From NCBI GenBank assembly GCA_963666365.2, contig CAXXNF010000001.1, positions 320,001 through 384,000 of the forward strand: a stretch of 64,000 nucleotides of DNA. Reading direction: 5' to 3'. Below the pieces are notes generated by a model. That model was not told where the DNA came from. It did no database searches and saw nothing but the letters and a program-made list of their open reading frames with translations. Positions 38,361 to 50,485 of the stretch are shown one piece after another. A program made the translations under genes and the position numbers. The stretch is from Syntrophales bacterium (lineage in GTDB: Bacteria > Desulfobacterota > Syntrophia > Syntrophales > UBA2210). Every line of letters starts with the position of its first letter. Positions within the stretch are counted from its first letter, which is position 1.

Positions 38361-39938
38361 TCACGTTCCGAAATAGCGGGCACGAATCAGTTTTTTATCC
38401 ACCTTCCCCATAGAGGTCACGGGAATGGCATCGACAAACCGTATGTCGCGGGGACGCTTGAAGTCGGCCAGTTTGTCCCTGCAGAATTCCATCAGCTCCT
38501 CGGCGGTTGCCGTCATGCCCTCCTTACACACAATAAAGGCGGCAACGTCCTCTCCGAGCTTCGGATGGGGTTTTCCCACCACAGAACATTGACTGACGGC
38601 GGGATGCTCGTAGAGGACGCTTTCTACTTCCACCGAATAGACATTGTATCCCCCGCGCACCAGCATGTCCTTTTTACGATCCACATAATAGATATAGCCG
38701 TCTTCATCGTAGTAGGTAAGGTCTCCCGTATGCAGCCATCCGTTCTTCAGCGTTTCGTCTGTCGCTTCGGGATCCTTGTAATACTCGATCATGACGTTGG
38801 GCCCTCGAAGAATCAGTTCGCCTACTTCTTTCACCCCCACATCGCAGTCCTGATCGTCCACAATCCGCCCTTCCATATCGGGCGCCCAGGGGAGCCCGAT
38901 GGAACCGATTTTTGCCAGATGATCCTCGGGACCGAGCCGTGTCCCCCCTACCCCTCCCTCGGTCAATCCGTAAATATTAACGAGCTTCAGATCGGGCCAG
39001 ACCTCGAGCGCCTTGCGAATCACCTCTTCGGGCATGGCGGATCCCCCGTAGGACATGATCCGCAGGCTTGAGGTATCAAATTCTCTGAACCTCGGATGCT
39101 CCATAATAAAAATGATCATGGAGGGGGCAAGGCAGATGGAGGTGGTGTGTTCCTGTTCGATAAGCCGCATAGACTCCAGCGCATCGAAAACCGGTTCCCA
39201 TATGAGGTAATAGCCGTACCACAGCCAGGTCATGATGTGGGAGCTCACGCCGGTGGAGGTGAAAAAGGGAAACGGCGTCTGATGTTTCATGTACCCGTAG
39301 TGCTTGCGGTGAAACCCCCATGCCGCCCCGTGCAATCGCCCGCAGGCGATCTTGGTGCTTTCGGACAACACGACCCCTTTGGGACGACCGGTGGTACCGC
39401 TGGTGTAGATAATGTCGGCGTGATCATCCGGATGTATTTCCACATGCGGCGGCGGAGCCTTACTTTCCAGAAGACGCGCATAGGGGATCGCCCATTCAGG
39501 CACAGGGGCGTCTTCTTTTTCAATACAGATAATTTTTCTGAGCTGAGGAATCTTGGCACGAATCTGATCCACCAGCGCCTCATGCTCCTGACCGTACACA
39601 AGGTACTCCGTATCGCTGTTGAGTACAATGTATTCCACTTCACGGGCCACCAGGCGCACATTGACCGGTATGAAAATCGCGCCGACCTTGCGGACCGCAA
39701 GATACATGCATACATTTTCCAGATAGGAGGCATTCATGAAGGCTAGTTTCCGCCCCTTGGCAACCCCCACATCAGCAAGCCCCGCGGCCAGAGCATCAAC
39801 CACCTCTTTTACCCCCCGCCAGGTCAGCTTCTTCCACGCCCCCGAACGGTATTCGACCGCGTACAGCGCTTCCCTGTCGGGGAACGCCTCCAGATTTCTT
39901 TCAAACGCCTCATGAATCGTCTTCGGTCCGTTCCACAT
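38361..39938 (-). CDS. Acyl-CoA synthetase (class I adenylate-forming enzyme)
   Basis: YTSGTTGRPKG, YGLTE, GWLHTGD, DRKKD, GKVDKK. Confidence 0.93.
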   Translation of the reverse strand: MWNGPKTIHEAFERNLEAFPDREALYAVEYRSGAWKKLTWRGVKEVVDALAAGLADVGVAKGRKLAFMNASYLENVCMYLAVRKVGAIFIPVNVRLVAREVEYIVLNSDTEYLVYGQEHEALVDQIRAKIPQLRKIICIEKEDAPVPEWAIPYARLLESKAPPPHVEIHPDDHADIIYTSGTTGRPKGVVLSESTKIACGRLHGAAWGFHRKHYGYMKHQTPFPFFTSTGVSSHIMTWLWYGYYLIWEPVFDALESMRLIEQEHTTSICLAPSMIIFIMEHPRFREFDTSSLRIMSYGGSAMPEEVIRKALEVWPDLKLVNIYGLTEGGVGGTRLGPEDHLAKIGSIGLPWAPDMEGRIVDDQDCDVGVKEVGELILRGPNVMIEYYKDPEATDETLKNGWLHTGDLTYYDEDGYIYYVDRKKDMLVRGGYNVYSVEVESVLYEHPAVSQCSVVGKPHPKLGEDVAAFIVCKEGMTATAEELMEFCRDKLADFKRPRDIRFVDAIPVTSMGKVDKKLIRARYFGT

Positions 39939-39972
39939 ACCCTTTCCCCTCCTTTGCACCTGGAACAACGCG

Positions 39973-40755
39973 CTATGATCGATATACCCACAGCATGTGA
40001 GGCTTGTCCGCATATTGAAACAGACAGAACCCCAATGATGAAAGATATCTCTTCAGTGACGCCGGTGTTTCCCCTTCCTGTCTGCCCCCGTGCATTTCTA
40101 TGGCCATTTGATCAATCCTGCCCAATAGCTCCTTCGGGGCATTATACAAAATATCATATTCCGCTCCCTCGCAGTCAAGTTTCAAGAGGTCGCAATACTC
40201 TATGGAATGGTCATGAAATATATCAGCAAGTGCGACGCATTCGATCTCAATCGCATGTGTATCGGAATTACTGCCCACTATTGTTGCCGACGTGGTAAAG
40301 GCGTCCGTTTCATCGTAATTCATCGTTACGGCACCGCAATATCCGCAGACCGCCTTGTTGACGCACTGAATGTTTTGAGCACTGTTCAGTTCCCTGTTTC
40401 TGACAAGTTGGACGAAGTTCGCCGCTATCGGCTCATAGGAATAAATCGTGCACCCGGGGTACTGGGAAATTGCAAACATAGTAAAAAACCCGACATTTGC
40501 TCCGATATCAAGAATGACAGGATTTTTGCTCAGCTTTTTCTTCAGCCCTATTGAATATGCATTCTCCATAAAAATTTCTTTAAACTCATGATACAGTCTT
40601 TTGGGAACTTCAAAGCTGACACCGTTCCGTGCAGTAAACAGGAGGGGGTCGTCCCTGTTGATTCCCGCTTTTTGCATAAGGTGAACATGCCAATTTGATA
40701 CATTTTTGATGAGATTCAGATACCGCACTGTTGCTCCTCTTCCGTTATGCGCCAT
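39973..40755 (-). CDS. FkbM family methyltransferase
   Basis: LDIGANVG, YEP, LKLDCEGAE, IEMH. Confidence 0.9.
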   Translation of the reverse strand: MAHNGRGATVRYLNLIKNVSNWHVHLMQKAGINRDDPLLFTARNGVSFEVPKRLYHEFKEIFMENAYSIGLKKKLSKNPVILDIGANVGFFTMFAISQYPGCTIYSYEPIAANFVQLVRNRELNSAQNIQCVNKAVCGYCGAVTMNYDETDAFTTSATIVGSNSDTHAIEIECVALADIFHDHSIEYCDLLKLDCEGAEYDILYNAPKELLGRIDQMAIEMHGGRQEGETPASLKRYLSSLGFCLFQYADKPHMLWVYRS

Positions 40756-41055
40756 ATCAGGTATAGGGCACGTAAAATCTTTTGCGTATCATTACAAGGG
40801 AATAGACAAAGACAATTTCCGCAAGGTTACGGTATTCTTACACACCCCGGAGGGGAAAACTCTTTGCGAAAATTTGCATAAGACTACCCGAACTTCCGGA
40901 TGTTTTCAAGGAATTTAAGAACGATTCTCATCCCTCGAGGGTCTCCGCAAATCACAGAGAGGCAATTTTCCCTTTCAATAATGCAAGACGCCCGGTATAA
41001 GGATGAAAAGCGCGATCGTTATTTACACTGTCGACAGCAAGAAAGAGGAACATGC

Positions 41056-42741
<1,686 letters not shown>

Positions 42742-42758
42742 CAACAGGGAGGATCACC

Positions 42759-42992
42759 ATGCCCCATGTAATCGTAAAGCTCTATCCCGGACGAACGGAG
42801 GCGCAGAAGCAAAAACTCTCGGCCGAGATTGCCAGACACGTTGTGGAGATCCTGGGCTGCGAGGACCGCGTCGTATCGGTGGCCTTCGAAGAAGTTGCCC
42901 AGAGCGCCTGGCCGGAGACGGTCTACCGACCCGACATCCTGGAAAAAGAGCATTTGCTCTACAAAAAGCCGGGCTATAATCCTTTTGACTAG
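42759..42992 (+). CDS. 4-oxalocrotonate tautomerase family protein (PptA-like)
   Basis: N-terminal Pro, MPHVIVKLYPGR; LYKKPGY C-terminus. Confidence 0.88.
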   Translation: MPHVIVKLYPGRTEAQKQKLSAEIARHVVEILGCEDRVVSVAFEEVAQSAWPETVYRPDILEKEHLLYKKPGYNPFD

Positions 42993-43157
42993 TCTTCAGC
43001 TATTCAGAACGACGCTGTCCCACCCCTATTTCTTTGCCTCACAGAGGGCTTCATCGGTCCACATGACCGGTTTTTAGGGTATGGCGACAGTGAAGCAAAA
43101 AAGAAGCACGTATCACATTGAATTCGCGGCATCACGGTTTTCCATTCAGATATTGCG

Positions 43158-46100
43158 TCAGATGCGTGCGGATATGACTTCCGGTCCTTCCTCTTCTCTT
43201 CCCGTAACGACATGACGAAGATCCTCTACCATCAGATAAAAGGAGGGCACCAGCACAAGCGTGATCAGCGTGGCGAAAAGCACGCCGAATCCCAGCGAGA
43301 TGGCCATGGGGATCATGAAGCGGGCCTGCCGCGATGTTTCCAGAATGATCGGCGTCAAGCCGCCGAAGGTGGTAAGCGACGTTAAAAGAATGGGGCGGAA
43401 ACGGCTTATGGCGGCATTATGAATGGCGTCTGTGGGAGAGGCGCCTTCTTTTCGCCTTCGATTTGCAAAATCAATCAATACGAGCGAATCGTTGACGACG
43501 ACGCCTGAGAGCGCCACAATGCCGAACAGACTCATGATGCTGAGGCTGTAGCCGAGAAGGAGATGGCCGAAGATGGCCCCTACGATGCCGAAGGGAATGC
43601 TTATCATCACAATGATCGGTTGTATGTAGCTCTGGAAGGGGATGGCAAGGAGGGCGTAGACCGCCAGCATTGCAAACATTAATCCGAGAAAAAGGCTTCG
43701 CATGCTTTCGGACAGATCCGCCTGCCGTCCCTCGAATCCATAGCGGAGACCGCTGTATTTCTTTTCCAGGTCGGGCAGCGCTTCCTTTTTCAGGGCTTCC
43801 AGAATAAGCCCGGCGTCACTGGGAGGATCGACATCGGCCGTCACCGTCACCACCCGCCTCCCGTTGCGCCGGTCGATGGAAGTGTAGGCCCGCCCCCGTT
43901 CCATGGCAACCGCCTCTCGCAGGGGAACCTGACGGCCCTTGTCCGTGAGCAGCATCAGTTCCTCCAGACTGTATTCAGATGCGCGATCCTCTGCGGGAAG
44001 TCGCACCACTACTTTCACTTCGTTACGGCCCCGCTGCTGGCGCAGCACCTCTTCGCCGTAAAAGGCGTCACGGACCTGCGCCGCCACCGCCTGAGCAGTC
44101 AACCCGAGGGCCCTGCCCTCCGGACGAATCGTGAAATCTATCTGTTCCTTCCCCGGAGAAAAGCCGTCATTTATATCCTTGACCTTGGGGAAGTGACTCA
44201 GGGATTCCGCCAGGTCTGCGCCGGCCTTTTCCAGAACGGCCAGATCTCGATGGCTCAGTTCTATCGACATGGCAGCGCGGCTTCCCGGTCCTCCTCCGTA
44301 TGATTTAAAATTCAGCGAGTCCACACCGGCAACGACGCCCACTTTCTTCCTCCACAGTGCGACAAACTCCCCCGTCACGAGGGGACGTTCATCGGGAGGG
44401 GTGAGAAATACCTTTACTGAACAGGTATGGCTTCCCGAGGAGCCGTTGATCGAGGCCCCCACATGGGTGTAAATTCCCTTGACAAGCCTGGCGCCGCCGT
44501 ACTTTTCCGCAAGCTCCCGCGCCGCCTGGACCAGGCGGCCCTGCACGGCCTCCGTTTTTTCCACCGCAGAACCGTAGGGAAGCACCGCCTCCGCCTGGGC
44601 ATAGTCCGACTCGATCCTCTCCATGAGGGTAATGCCTATCCTTCCACTTTTGACATAGGCAAGGGTCACAGCGAGCACCACAAATCCAACGGCAATGGTA
44701 AGATACCGCCAGTCGAGCGCCCGCCCCAGCAGAGGACCGTAGATGTTCCTTACAAAACGGATGAAGCGGTCGCTGAACCATTGCTGCATGCGGAAAAGGC
44801 GCAGGAAGGGGCCCCATTGCACTCGTTCTTTCTGATGTCCCAGATGGGCGGGCAGAATAAAGAGACTTTCTATCAGCGAAATTACAAGGACCAAAATAAC
44901 GACGATCGGTATCGCCTTGAATATTTTTCCCATGATTCCCGGCACAAACATCAGCGGCAGAAACGTCACGATATTGGTCAGTATGCTGAAAATCACCGGC
45001 ATGGCCACTTCATGAACGCCCGCTCTGGCCGCCTTCAGAAAAGGATAGCCCCGTTCACGATAGGAATAGATATTTTCTCCCACCACAATGGCATCGTCCA
45101 CCACGATTCCCAGCGCCACAATAAAGGCGAACATGGACATCATGTTGATGCTTATTCCGGCATGGGGGAGGAAAAGAACGGCGCCCAGGAAGGAAATGGG
45201 AATTCCCATGGTTACCCAGAAGGCGAGTCTCACCTCGAGAAAAAGACCAAGCAGGATGAGAACCAAGGCTAGGCCCATGTAGCCGTTTCTTAAAAGCAGA
45301 TTCAGACGCTGGCGGTACACATCGGAAAAGTCGTTCATGATGTCCACGGCGATGCCGGGCGGCAGGGTTCGACGAAGCGTCTCCTCATACTCCATAACCG
45401 CATCGGCCACCGTAATGGGGGTCTGATCACCCACACGATAGACATCGACCATGATGGCCGGCTTGCCGTTATAGGTTGCGTAATGGTCCGTATCTTCAAA
45501 ACCGTCGGCAACTGTAGCGATATCCTCAAGGAGGACCTGTGTTCCCTGCGTTGAAGTAATGACGGGTATCCGTGAAAATTCCGCTCCGTAATCACGACGT
45601 TCCTTCATCCTTACAAGGATTTCACCGCGTTCGGTTTTCAGACCGCCGCCGGGAAGTTCGATCGCCGATTCACGCACCTTTTTCGCCACATTCGCAATGG
45701 TAAGACCGTAGGCCTGCAGGGTGCTCTGGGGCACTTCAATAGTAATTTCAAGGTTGCGGGCCCCTTCAAGATCCACCTGCGTGATATCCGGGTCCTGAAG
45801 AAGACCGTCCCGCACCCGTTCGGCCGTCTCTCTCAGCACCTTTTCTTCCTGATCGCCATACAACACGAGAGAAATCACCTGCCGGCGTCGAGACATGATT
45901 TTCACCGTTGGTTCTTCCGCCTCGTCCGGAAATGAAGTGATGCGGTCTATTTCGTTCTGAATATCCTGCGACAGTTTCTGTATATTATGACCCTCGATCA
46001 TCTCCACGGTGACCGTGCCCGCTCCTTCGCGCGCGCTGGCCGTCACTTCTTTGACCCCATCCAAACCGGAGAGGGCCTCCTCTACGGCAAGCACAATGCC

Positions 46101-46343
46101 CTGCTCCACCTCGGCGGGGCTTGCCCCGGGATAGGCAACCGACACGGTCACATATTCCAGGTCGAAGTCGGGGAAGACTTCCTGTTTTATCTGCATACTC
46201 CAGATGAGCCCCCCTACCAGGAAAACGACCATCAGGAGATTGGCGGCCACAGAATTGCCCGCCATCCAGGCCAGCGGTCCCCGCCTCCCGGCCTGCGCAC
46301 CTTCGGCGGCAGGGGCGGCTATGTGGTCACGTTCTTTTGTCAT
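43158..46343 (-). CDS. RND efflux permease (AcrB/CzcA family)
   Basis: 1061 aa; GIVVDDAIVVGEN, GVVVNDSLV, RFRPILLTS. Confidence 0.95.
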   Translation of the reverse strand: MTKERDHIAAPAAEGAQAGRRGPLAWMAGNSVAANLLMVVFLVGGLIWSMQIKQEVFPDFDLEYVTVSVAYPGASPAEVEQGIVLAVEEALSGLDGVKEVTASAREGAGTVTVEMIEGHNIQKLSQDIQNEIDRITSFPDEAEEPTVKIMSRRRQVISLVLYGDQEEKVLRETAERVRDGLLQDPDITQVDLEGARNLEITIEVPQSTLQAYGLTIANVAKKVRESAIELPGGGLKTERGEILVRMKERRDYGAEFSRIPVITSTQGTQVLLEDIATVADGFEDTDHYATYNGKPAIMVDVYRVGDQTPITVADAVMEYEETLRRTLPPGIAVDIMNDFSDVYRQRLNLLLRNGYMGLALVLILLGLFLEVRLAFWVTMGIPISFLGAVLFLPHAGISINMMSMFAFIVALGIVVDDAIVVGENIYSYRERGYPFLKAARAGVHEVAMPVIFSILTNIVTFLPLMFVPGIMGKIFKAIPIVVILVLVISLIESLFILPAHLGHQKERVQWGPFLRLFRMQQWFSDRFIRFVRNIYGPLLGRALDWRYLTIAVGFVVLAVTLAYVKSGRIGITLMERIESDYAQAEAVLPYGSAVEKTEAVQGRLVQAARELAEKYGGARLVKGIYTHVGASINGSSGSHTCSVKVFLTPPDERPLVTGEFVALWRKKVGVVAGVDSLNFKSYGGGPGSRAAMSIELSHRDLAVLEKAGADLAESLSHFPKVKDINDGFSPGKEQIDFTIRPEGRALGLTAQAVAAQVRDAFYGEEVLRQQRGRNEVKVVVRLPAEDRASEYSLEELMLLTDKGRQVPLREAVAMERGRAYTSIDRRNGRRVVTVTADVDPPSDAGLILEALKKEALPDLEKKYSGLRYGFEGRQADLSESMRSLFLGLMFAMLAVYALLAIPFQSYIQPIIVMISIPFGIVGAIFGHLLLGYSLSIMSLFGIVALSGVVVNDSLVLIDFANRRRKEGASPTDAIHNAAISRFRPILLTSLTTFGGLTPIILETSRQARFMIPMAISLGFGVLFATLITLVLVPSFYLMVEDLRHVVTGREEEGPEVISARI

Positions 46344-47614
46344 CGCTTTTCAACCGCCTTTGAGACCCTGTCCGGGGCTTCCGGACCATCGGAATTATTC
46401 TCCACCAAAACTTTCATACCCTTAACGGGAGCGGCAAGATCGGACACAATAAGCCGATCCCCATCGCCTATCCCATTTGTGACCAGCACGGTGTCCCTGT
46501 CCCGCCAGACAACATCGACGGTTCGTACATCCAGTATCGCGTCTTTACCCACAATCCAGATTTTTTCACCGTCCCGGAGCGCACTCCGCGGAACGGCGGC
46601 CACACCGGACAGTGTCGGACCCTCGATTTCCACCTTGACGTACTCGCCGAGAAGCAGCGGCGGCCTTGCCTTTCCGGAATGCTTGAGATCCAGCGGGTCC
46701 TTAACGGAAATCAGGATGCGCGCCATGCGCCCTTCTTCTTCCAGATCGGCCAGCAACCGTACCACCCTGCCTTCGCGTACCACCGATGATGTCCCGTCGT
46801 TGCCGTAGACGATCCTGACAAAGGAACCGGTCCCCTCCTGCCCGCGCGGTAGGGCAATCCATTTCAACCGATCCACCGGAACGGCGGCCTGCACCCAGTA
46901 TTCATCCGTTCCCGCCAGCGTGGCAATTTCCGCCTGGGTTGACACAAATGATCCGAGGTCGATATGTTTCGTCATCACGATACAGTTAAAGGGAACTTTC
47001 AATCTCGTGCGTTCCAGATCAAGTCTCGCCTGATCCAACTGGGCCCGTGCCGCGGCCAGATCCGCTTCCGCCTTTTCCAGATGGGGTTTTCGCAGCGCCA
47101 GTTCCGCATCGCCGTCGCGTGCCGGTTTCGCACCATTGATGAGTTCCCATTCCCTTTTCGCCACAGCCTGATTGCCCATTTCCATCTTCAAGGCATAGTG
47201 GGCATCAGCGACCTGGCTTTTCTTCTGAATGAGGGCAAGTTCATAATCTTTCGGATCGATTGACGCAATCTCGGCGCCGGCCTTCAACACGCCGCCCGTG
47301 GCAAACTCGGGACTCACCTTCGTTATAATTCCTGAAACCTGCGCCTTCAGGCCGATTTTGCGGGCCGGCACGACGGTTCCCATGGCGCGGACAATCACCT
47401 GTTGATCGGACTTGACTACCGCTTCGATCAGCACAAGGGGGGCTTTTTCCGGAGGGCGTTTCCTCTTGGCCTCGGGGGCGGTGCTGTAGACATAGGAGGC
47501 AACGGCGAGACCCGCCGCGAGCACAAGAAGGGGGAGCAGTCCCTTGCATATAAATCGCACCCTTTTCTTCCCCGGCCTGCGCGTCGGTGAAGATTCTTCT
47601 TTATCTATCGGCAT
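46340..47614 (-). CDS. RND periplasmic adaptor (MFP)
   Basis: TM anchor, lipoyl halves, hairpin, VPRSAL; 4-nt overlap with the permease gene. Confidence 0.92.
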   Translation of the reverse strand: MPIDKEESSPTRRPGKKRVRFICKGLLPLLVLAAGLAVASYVYSTAPEAKRKRPPEKAPLVLIEAVVKSDQQVIVRAMGTVVPARKIGLKAQVSGIITKVSPEFATGGVLKAGAEIASIDPKDYELALIQKKSQVADAHYALKMEMGNQAVAKREWELINGAKPARDGDAELALRKPHLEKAEADLAAARAQLDQARLDLERTRLKVPFNCIVMTKHIDLGSFVSTQAEIATLAGTDEYWVQAAVPVDRLKWIALPRGQEGTGSFVRIVYGNDGTSSVVREGRVVRLLADLEEEGRMARILISVKDPLDLKHSGKARPPLLLGEYVKVEIEGPTLSGVAAVPRSALRDGEKIWIVGKDAILDVRTVDVVWRDRDTVLVTNGIGDGDRLIVSDLAAPVKGMKVLVENNSDGPEAPDRVSKAVEKR

Positions 47615-47615
47615 A

Positions 47616-49106
47616 TTACCTCTCTCCTGTGTGTGTATTGTCCACTGCGACAATGCTGTCTCGATCGATGCCGGCACGATCGCGAAGCCTTTCGGTCCAG
47701 GTCCCCCCCAGCGCCCGATAGAGACTGATCCGGTTGGTCAGAAGATTTTGCTTCCTCTTGAGAAGGGTAATCTCAAGTTCCTGCACTTTCAACAATTGTG
47801 TCAGGACAGGCAAATAATCTTTCAACCCTTTCAGATACTGTTCCCGGGCTTCCGTCAGGGCTCGCTGCGCCGATTCCATTTCCGCGTTAAGCGCTTCAAT
47901 ATGACGAAGTTCCTTTTCTTCGCTCACCAGGGCGTCTTCGACCTCCTTGATGGCCGTATAGACCGTACGTTGATAGACCGACACATGTTCCTCCACCACC
48001 GCAACGGTACGATCCACCTCCGCCTTTCGTCTGTTTCCATCCAAAAGAGGCGCCGTCAGACTTGCCGCAAGACTGACAATCCAGTTGTGAAAAAGGGCGT
48101 CAATGGCAGAGGATGCATACTGGGAAGAGGCACTGAGATTGATGCGGGGAAGCCGGTTCGCCCGCGCCGCCGCAACCTGCCAATCGGCCGCACGGAGACG
48201 AAGCCCCGCCGCCCGCACATCCGGTCGCGCCGCCAGGAGCTCCACAGGCAACCCGGTATCGGGAATTGGGGCAGGCTCGGGTAACATACGGGCAGTTATG
48301 GCAAGCTCTGTCCGGGGAAGCTTTCCCAGAAGCAGGGCCAACCTGTGGCGGAGCAGTTGTTCCTCTTTTTCCACCAGGGGAACTTCCGCCTTCACCTTCT
48401 CGACAATCTGTCGTTGCTGATAGACATCGAGCGCCGACGCCATGGCTTTACGAAATCGAAGTTCCACCAGTTCCAGATAGGTCCTGTTGATGTCAAGCTG
48501 CCTGTCCAGGATGTCCCGTTCCATTTGTTTTGCAATGATGCCGATCCATGCCTCCGTCACCCCGGCGGCCAGTGTCATGGCGGCGGCGTTCAGGTCCTCC
48601 CGTGTTGCCGTCGCATCGAGTATCGCCGCCTCCTGCTCGGAGCGAATCCTTCCCCAAAGGTCGAGTTCATACCCCGCGGCAAGTCCCAGCGAGTATGATT
48701 CGCTTGAACTCGTGGACCTGCCGCCGACGCTTTTTTCCGATCGCATACGGGAGGAGGAGGCCCCGGATGTAATCTCAAGTCCCGGGTAGAGATCCGCACC
48801 CGCCTTCACCGCCAGCGCTCTCGCCTGACTCAGACGCGCCCACGCCTCTCTCAGGGTAAAACTCCCCGACAGCGCCTCTTCAATAAGCGCATTCAATTGG
48901 GGCGCATTGAATGCTTCCCACCACTGATCGGGCTTCTCGGGCCCCGGCACATAGAGGGCGAAAGTCTCCGGCAGCTCGCCCGCCGGCGCGGTTCTTACTT
49001 TGGGAGCAAAGGGGCTGCAGGAAATTACGAAGAAGAGCAACAGGCCGCCCACCAGCAGCCCCATGATCCTCTTGCTTCTCATGCTCCCATCATTATTAAA
49101 ACACAT
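47616..49106 (-). CDS. Outer-membrane efflux lipoprotein (TolC/OprM family; start 49106 or 49082)
   Basis: Lipobox VISC, YELDLWGR, RPDV, LYRALGG. Confidence 0.92.
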   Translation of the reverse strand: MCFNNDGSMRSKRIMGLLVGGLLLFFVISCSPFAPKVRTAPAGELPETFALYVPGPEKPDQWWEAFNAPQLNALIEEALSGSFTLREAWARLSQARALAVKAGADLYPGLEITSGASSSRMRSEKSVGGRSTSSSESYSLGLAAGYELDLWGRIRSEQEAAILDATATREDLNAAAMTLAAGVTEAWIGIIAKQMERDILDRQLDINRTYLELVELRFRKAMASALDVYQQRQIVEKVKAEVPLVEKEEQLLRHRLALLLGKLPRTELAITARMLPEPAPIPDTGLPVELLAARPDVRAAGLRLRAADWQVAAARANRLPRINLSASSQYASSAIDALFHNWIVSLAASLTAPLLDGNRRKAEVDRTVAVVEEHVSVYQRTVYTAIKEVEDALVSEEKELRHIEALNAEMESAQRALTEAREQYLKGLKDYLPVLTQLLKVQELEITLLKRKQNLLTNRISLYRALGGTWTERLRDRAGIDRDSIVAVDNTHTGER

Positions 49107-49451
49107 TTCGTCCTCGCCATTCCCGCCGAAGCAAAGGGGCAAAGGCCCCCATCTACTCTGTCATTCGTTTCATGAAGTAGTATGTCGTTTTCTCTCCTGT
49201 AGCGGTTACAACTATAATCGAGAACCTTCATTGTGCGCAATTAATAAAAAATCAGGAGCCCTCCAGGGCGGCACTGTTTACAATCAGTAAGTTCGGTGAC
49301 GGAGGACACCATCGACTGGCATGAAGGATCAAAGCAACGATCACTGATACAATGGCGTGGTTATAGCGGAAAAAAGATGCAGACCCTTGACGACGATTTC
49401 ATTTTGTGTTCAAGAGGACATGAAGCAAGCAAGACTGAAAAGGAGAACATC

Positions 49452-50021
49452 GTGCGCAAAACCGCCATAATTGACATAGACAACACCCTCTGGCAATTCA
49501 GCGATGCCCTCTATGTCGAATTGAAAAAAATCAATACTGACTGTGCAACGCCGGACCAGTGGGATCTGTTCAACATCTGGGAGCATTACTGTTCATTCGA
49601 AGAATTTATCGCCGTGATAAACACAATCCACTGCAATCAGGACAGCCATCACTACCGGCCCTACCCTGAGGCACAGAGGTTTCTGTCGATGCTCAGAGGA
49701 AGTGGGTTTCATGTCATTATTGCCAGTCACCGCACCCTCGAATCGACGGCCCCGACCGAACGATGGCTGGCGCAGCACGGCCTTCTCTATGACGAACTGC
49801 ACCTTTCTTACGACAAGACTGTTCTTTTCCCCGATGCCGACATCGTCGTGGACGATCTGCCGCGGACCCTTGAAAAAGCGGTGGCAAAGGGAGCGCTGGC
49901 AGCGGGATTGCAGTTCCCATGGAACAGGCCCCATAGCGGCAACGCCTTCAAGCTGTTTCAAAACCTTGACGAAATTCTGGAGTACATCCTGCGAAGCGGG
50001 ACCGGTGCGCCGCAGCTGTAG
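49452..50021 (+). CDS. HAD-superfamily 5'(3')-nucleotidase-like protein
   Basis: GTG start after aggag; DIDNT motif I, K...VDD, PWN. Confidence 0.75.
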   Translation: MRKTAIIDIDNTLWQFSDALYVELKKINTDCATPDQWDLFNIWEHYCSFEEFIAVINTIHCNQDSHHYRPYPEAQRFLSMLRGSGFHVIIASHRTLESTAPTERWLAQHGLLYDELHLSYDKTVLFPDADIVVDDLPRTLEKAVAKGALAAGLQFPWNRPHSGNAFKLFQNLDEILEYILRSGTGAPQL

Positions 50022-50198
50022 AACCCCGTTTCGGCATCCAGTTCCTGATTGGTGAAATTGTAGGCGGTGACATCGATGCATTCATGTATCCCTATGGAGC
50101 CGAAGAGTGCGGTTGAGGCGCCTCCGACTTTCTTCTCCTTCTCCCCTTCGCCGTCGCAGGCAAATGTCACCGTGCCCCCCTGCTGTGTGTGATTGATG
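50003..50198 (-). pseudogene. Degenerate, internally deleted Rhs core relic
   Basis: Translates GTVTFACDGEGEKEKKVGG...FGS..IHE.IDVTAYNFTNQELDAETGFY; DNA resembles 62960-63038 and 60405-60497. Confidence 0.82.
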
Positions 50199-50300
50199 TG
50201 AGAGTTATGGCATTTAGTTTCAATTAAAGAGCAGGAAAATTTTATACATTTGCCTACCCCCTAACCCTTCATGGTACAGATGTATAATCTGTTGAATTTT

Positions 50301-50333
50301 TTAGTCAATAGTCAACGCCTGACCCCATTTCCT
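50301..50333. repeat. REP-like repeat, solo copy
   Basis: agtcaatagtcaacgcctgaccccatttcct; differs by one base from the copy at 57678-57708. Confidence 0.8.
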
Positions 50334-50355
50334 TTCCCCAGGAGGTCCGTATTCC

Positions 50356-50454
50356 ATGACCCGTAAAAAAGCAGATTTGATAAAGGCAGTGCAATCCCAG
50401 GTCGGTGTAACGAATGATAAGGCAAGTCCGATTGTTGGCGATTTTAACCCTTGA
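50356..50454 (+). pseudogene. Truncated HU/IHF-like N-terminal fragment (32 codons)
   Basis: RBS ggagg; MTRKKADLIKAVQSQVGVTNDKASPIV resembles helices 1-2 of IHF/HU; stops inside the hicA promoter. Confidence 0.55.
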
Positions 50455-50485
50455 CAATGGTACCAATATTGATACTGTATAGTCA
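50451..50485 (+). promoter_or_regulatory. Sigma70 promoter of hicAB with palindromic operator; probably leaderless
   Basis: TTGACA-16 nt-TACTGT; ATG 7 nt downstream; no SD; near-palindrome gtaccaatattgatac in the spacer. Confidence 0.6.
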
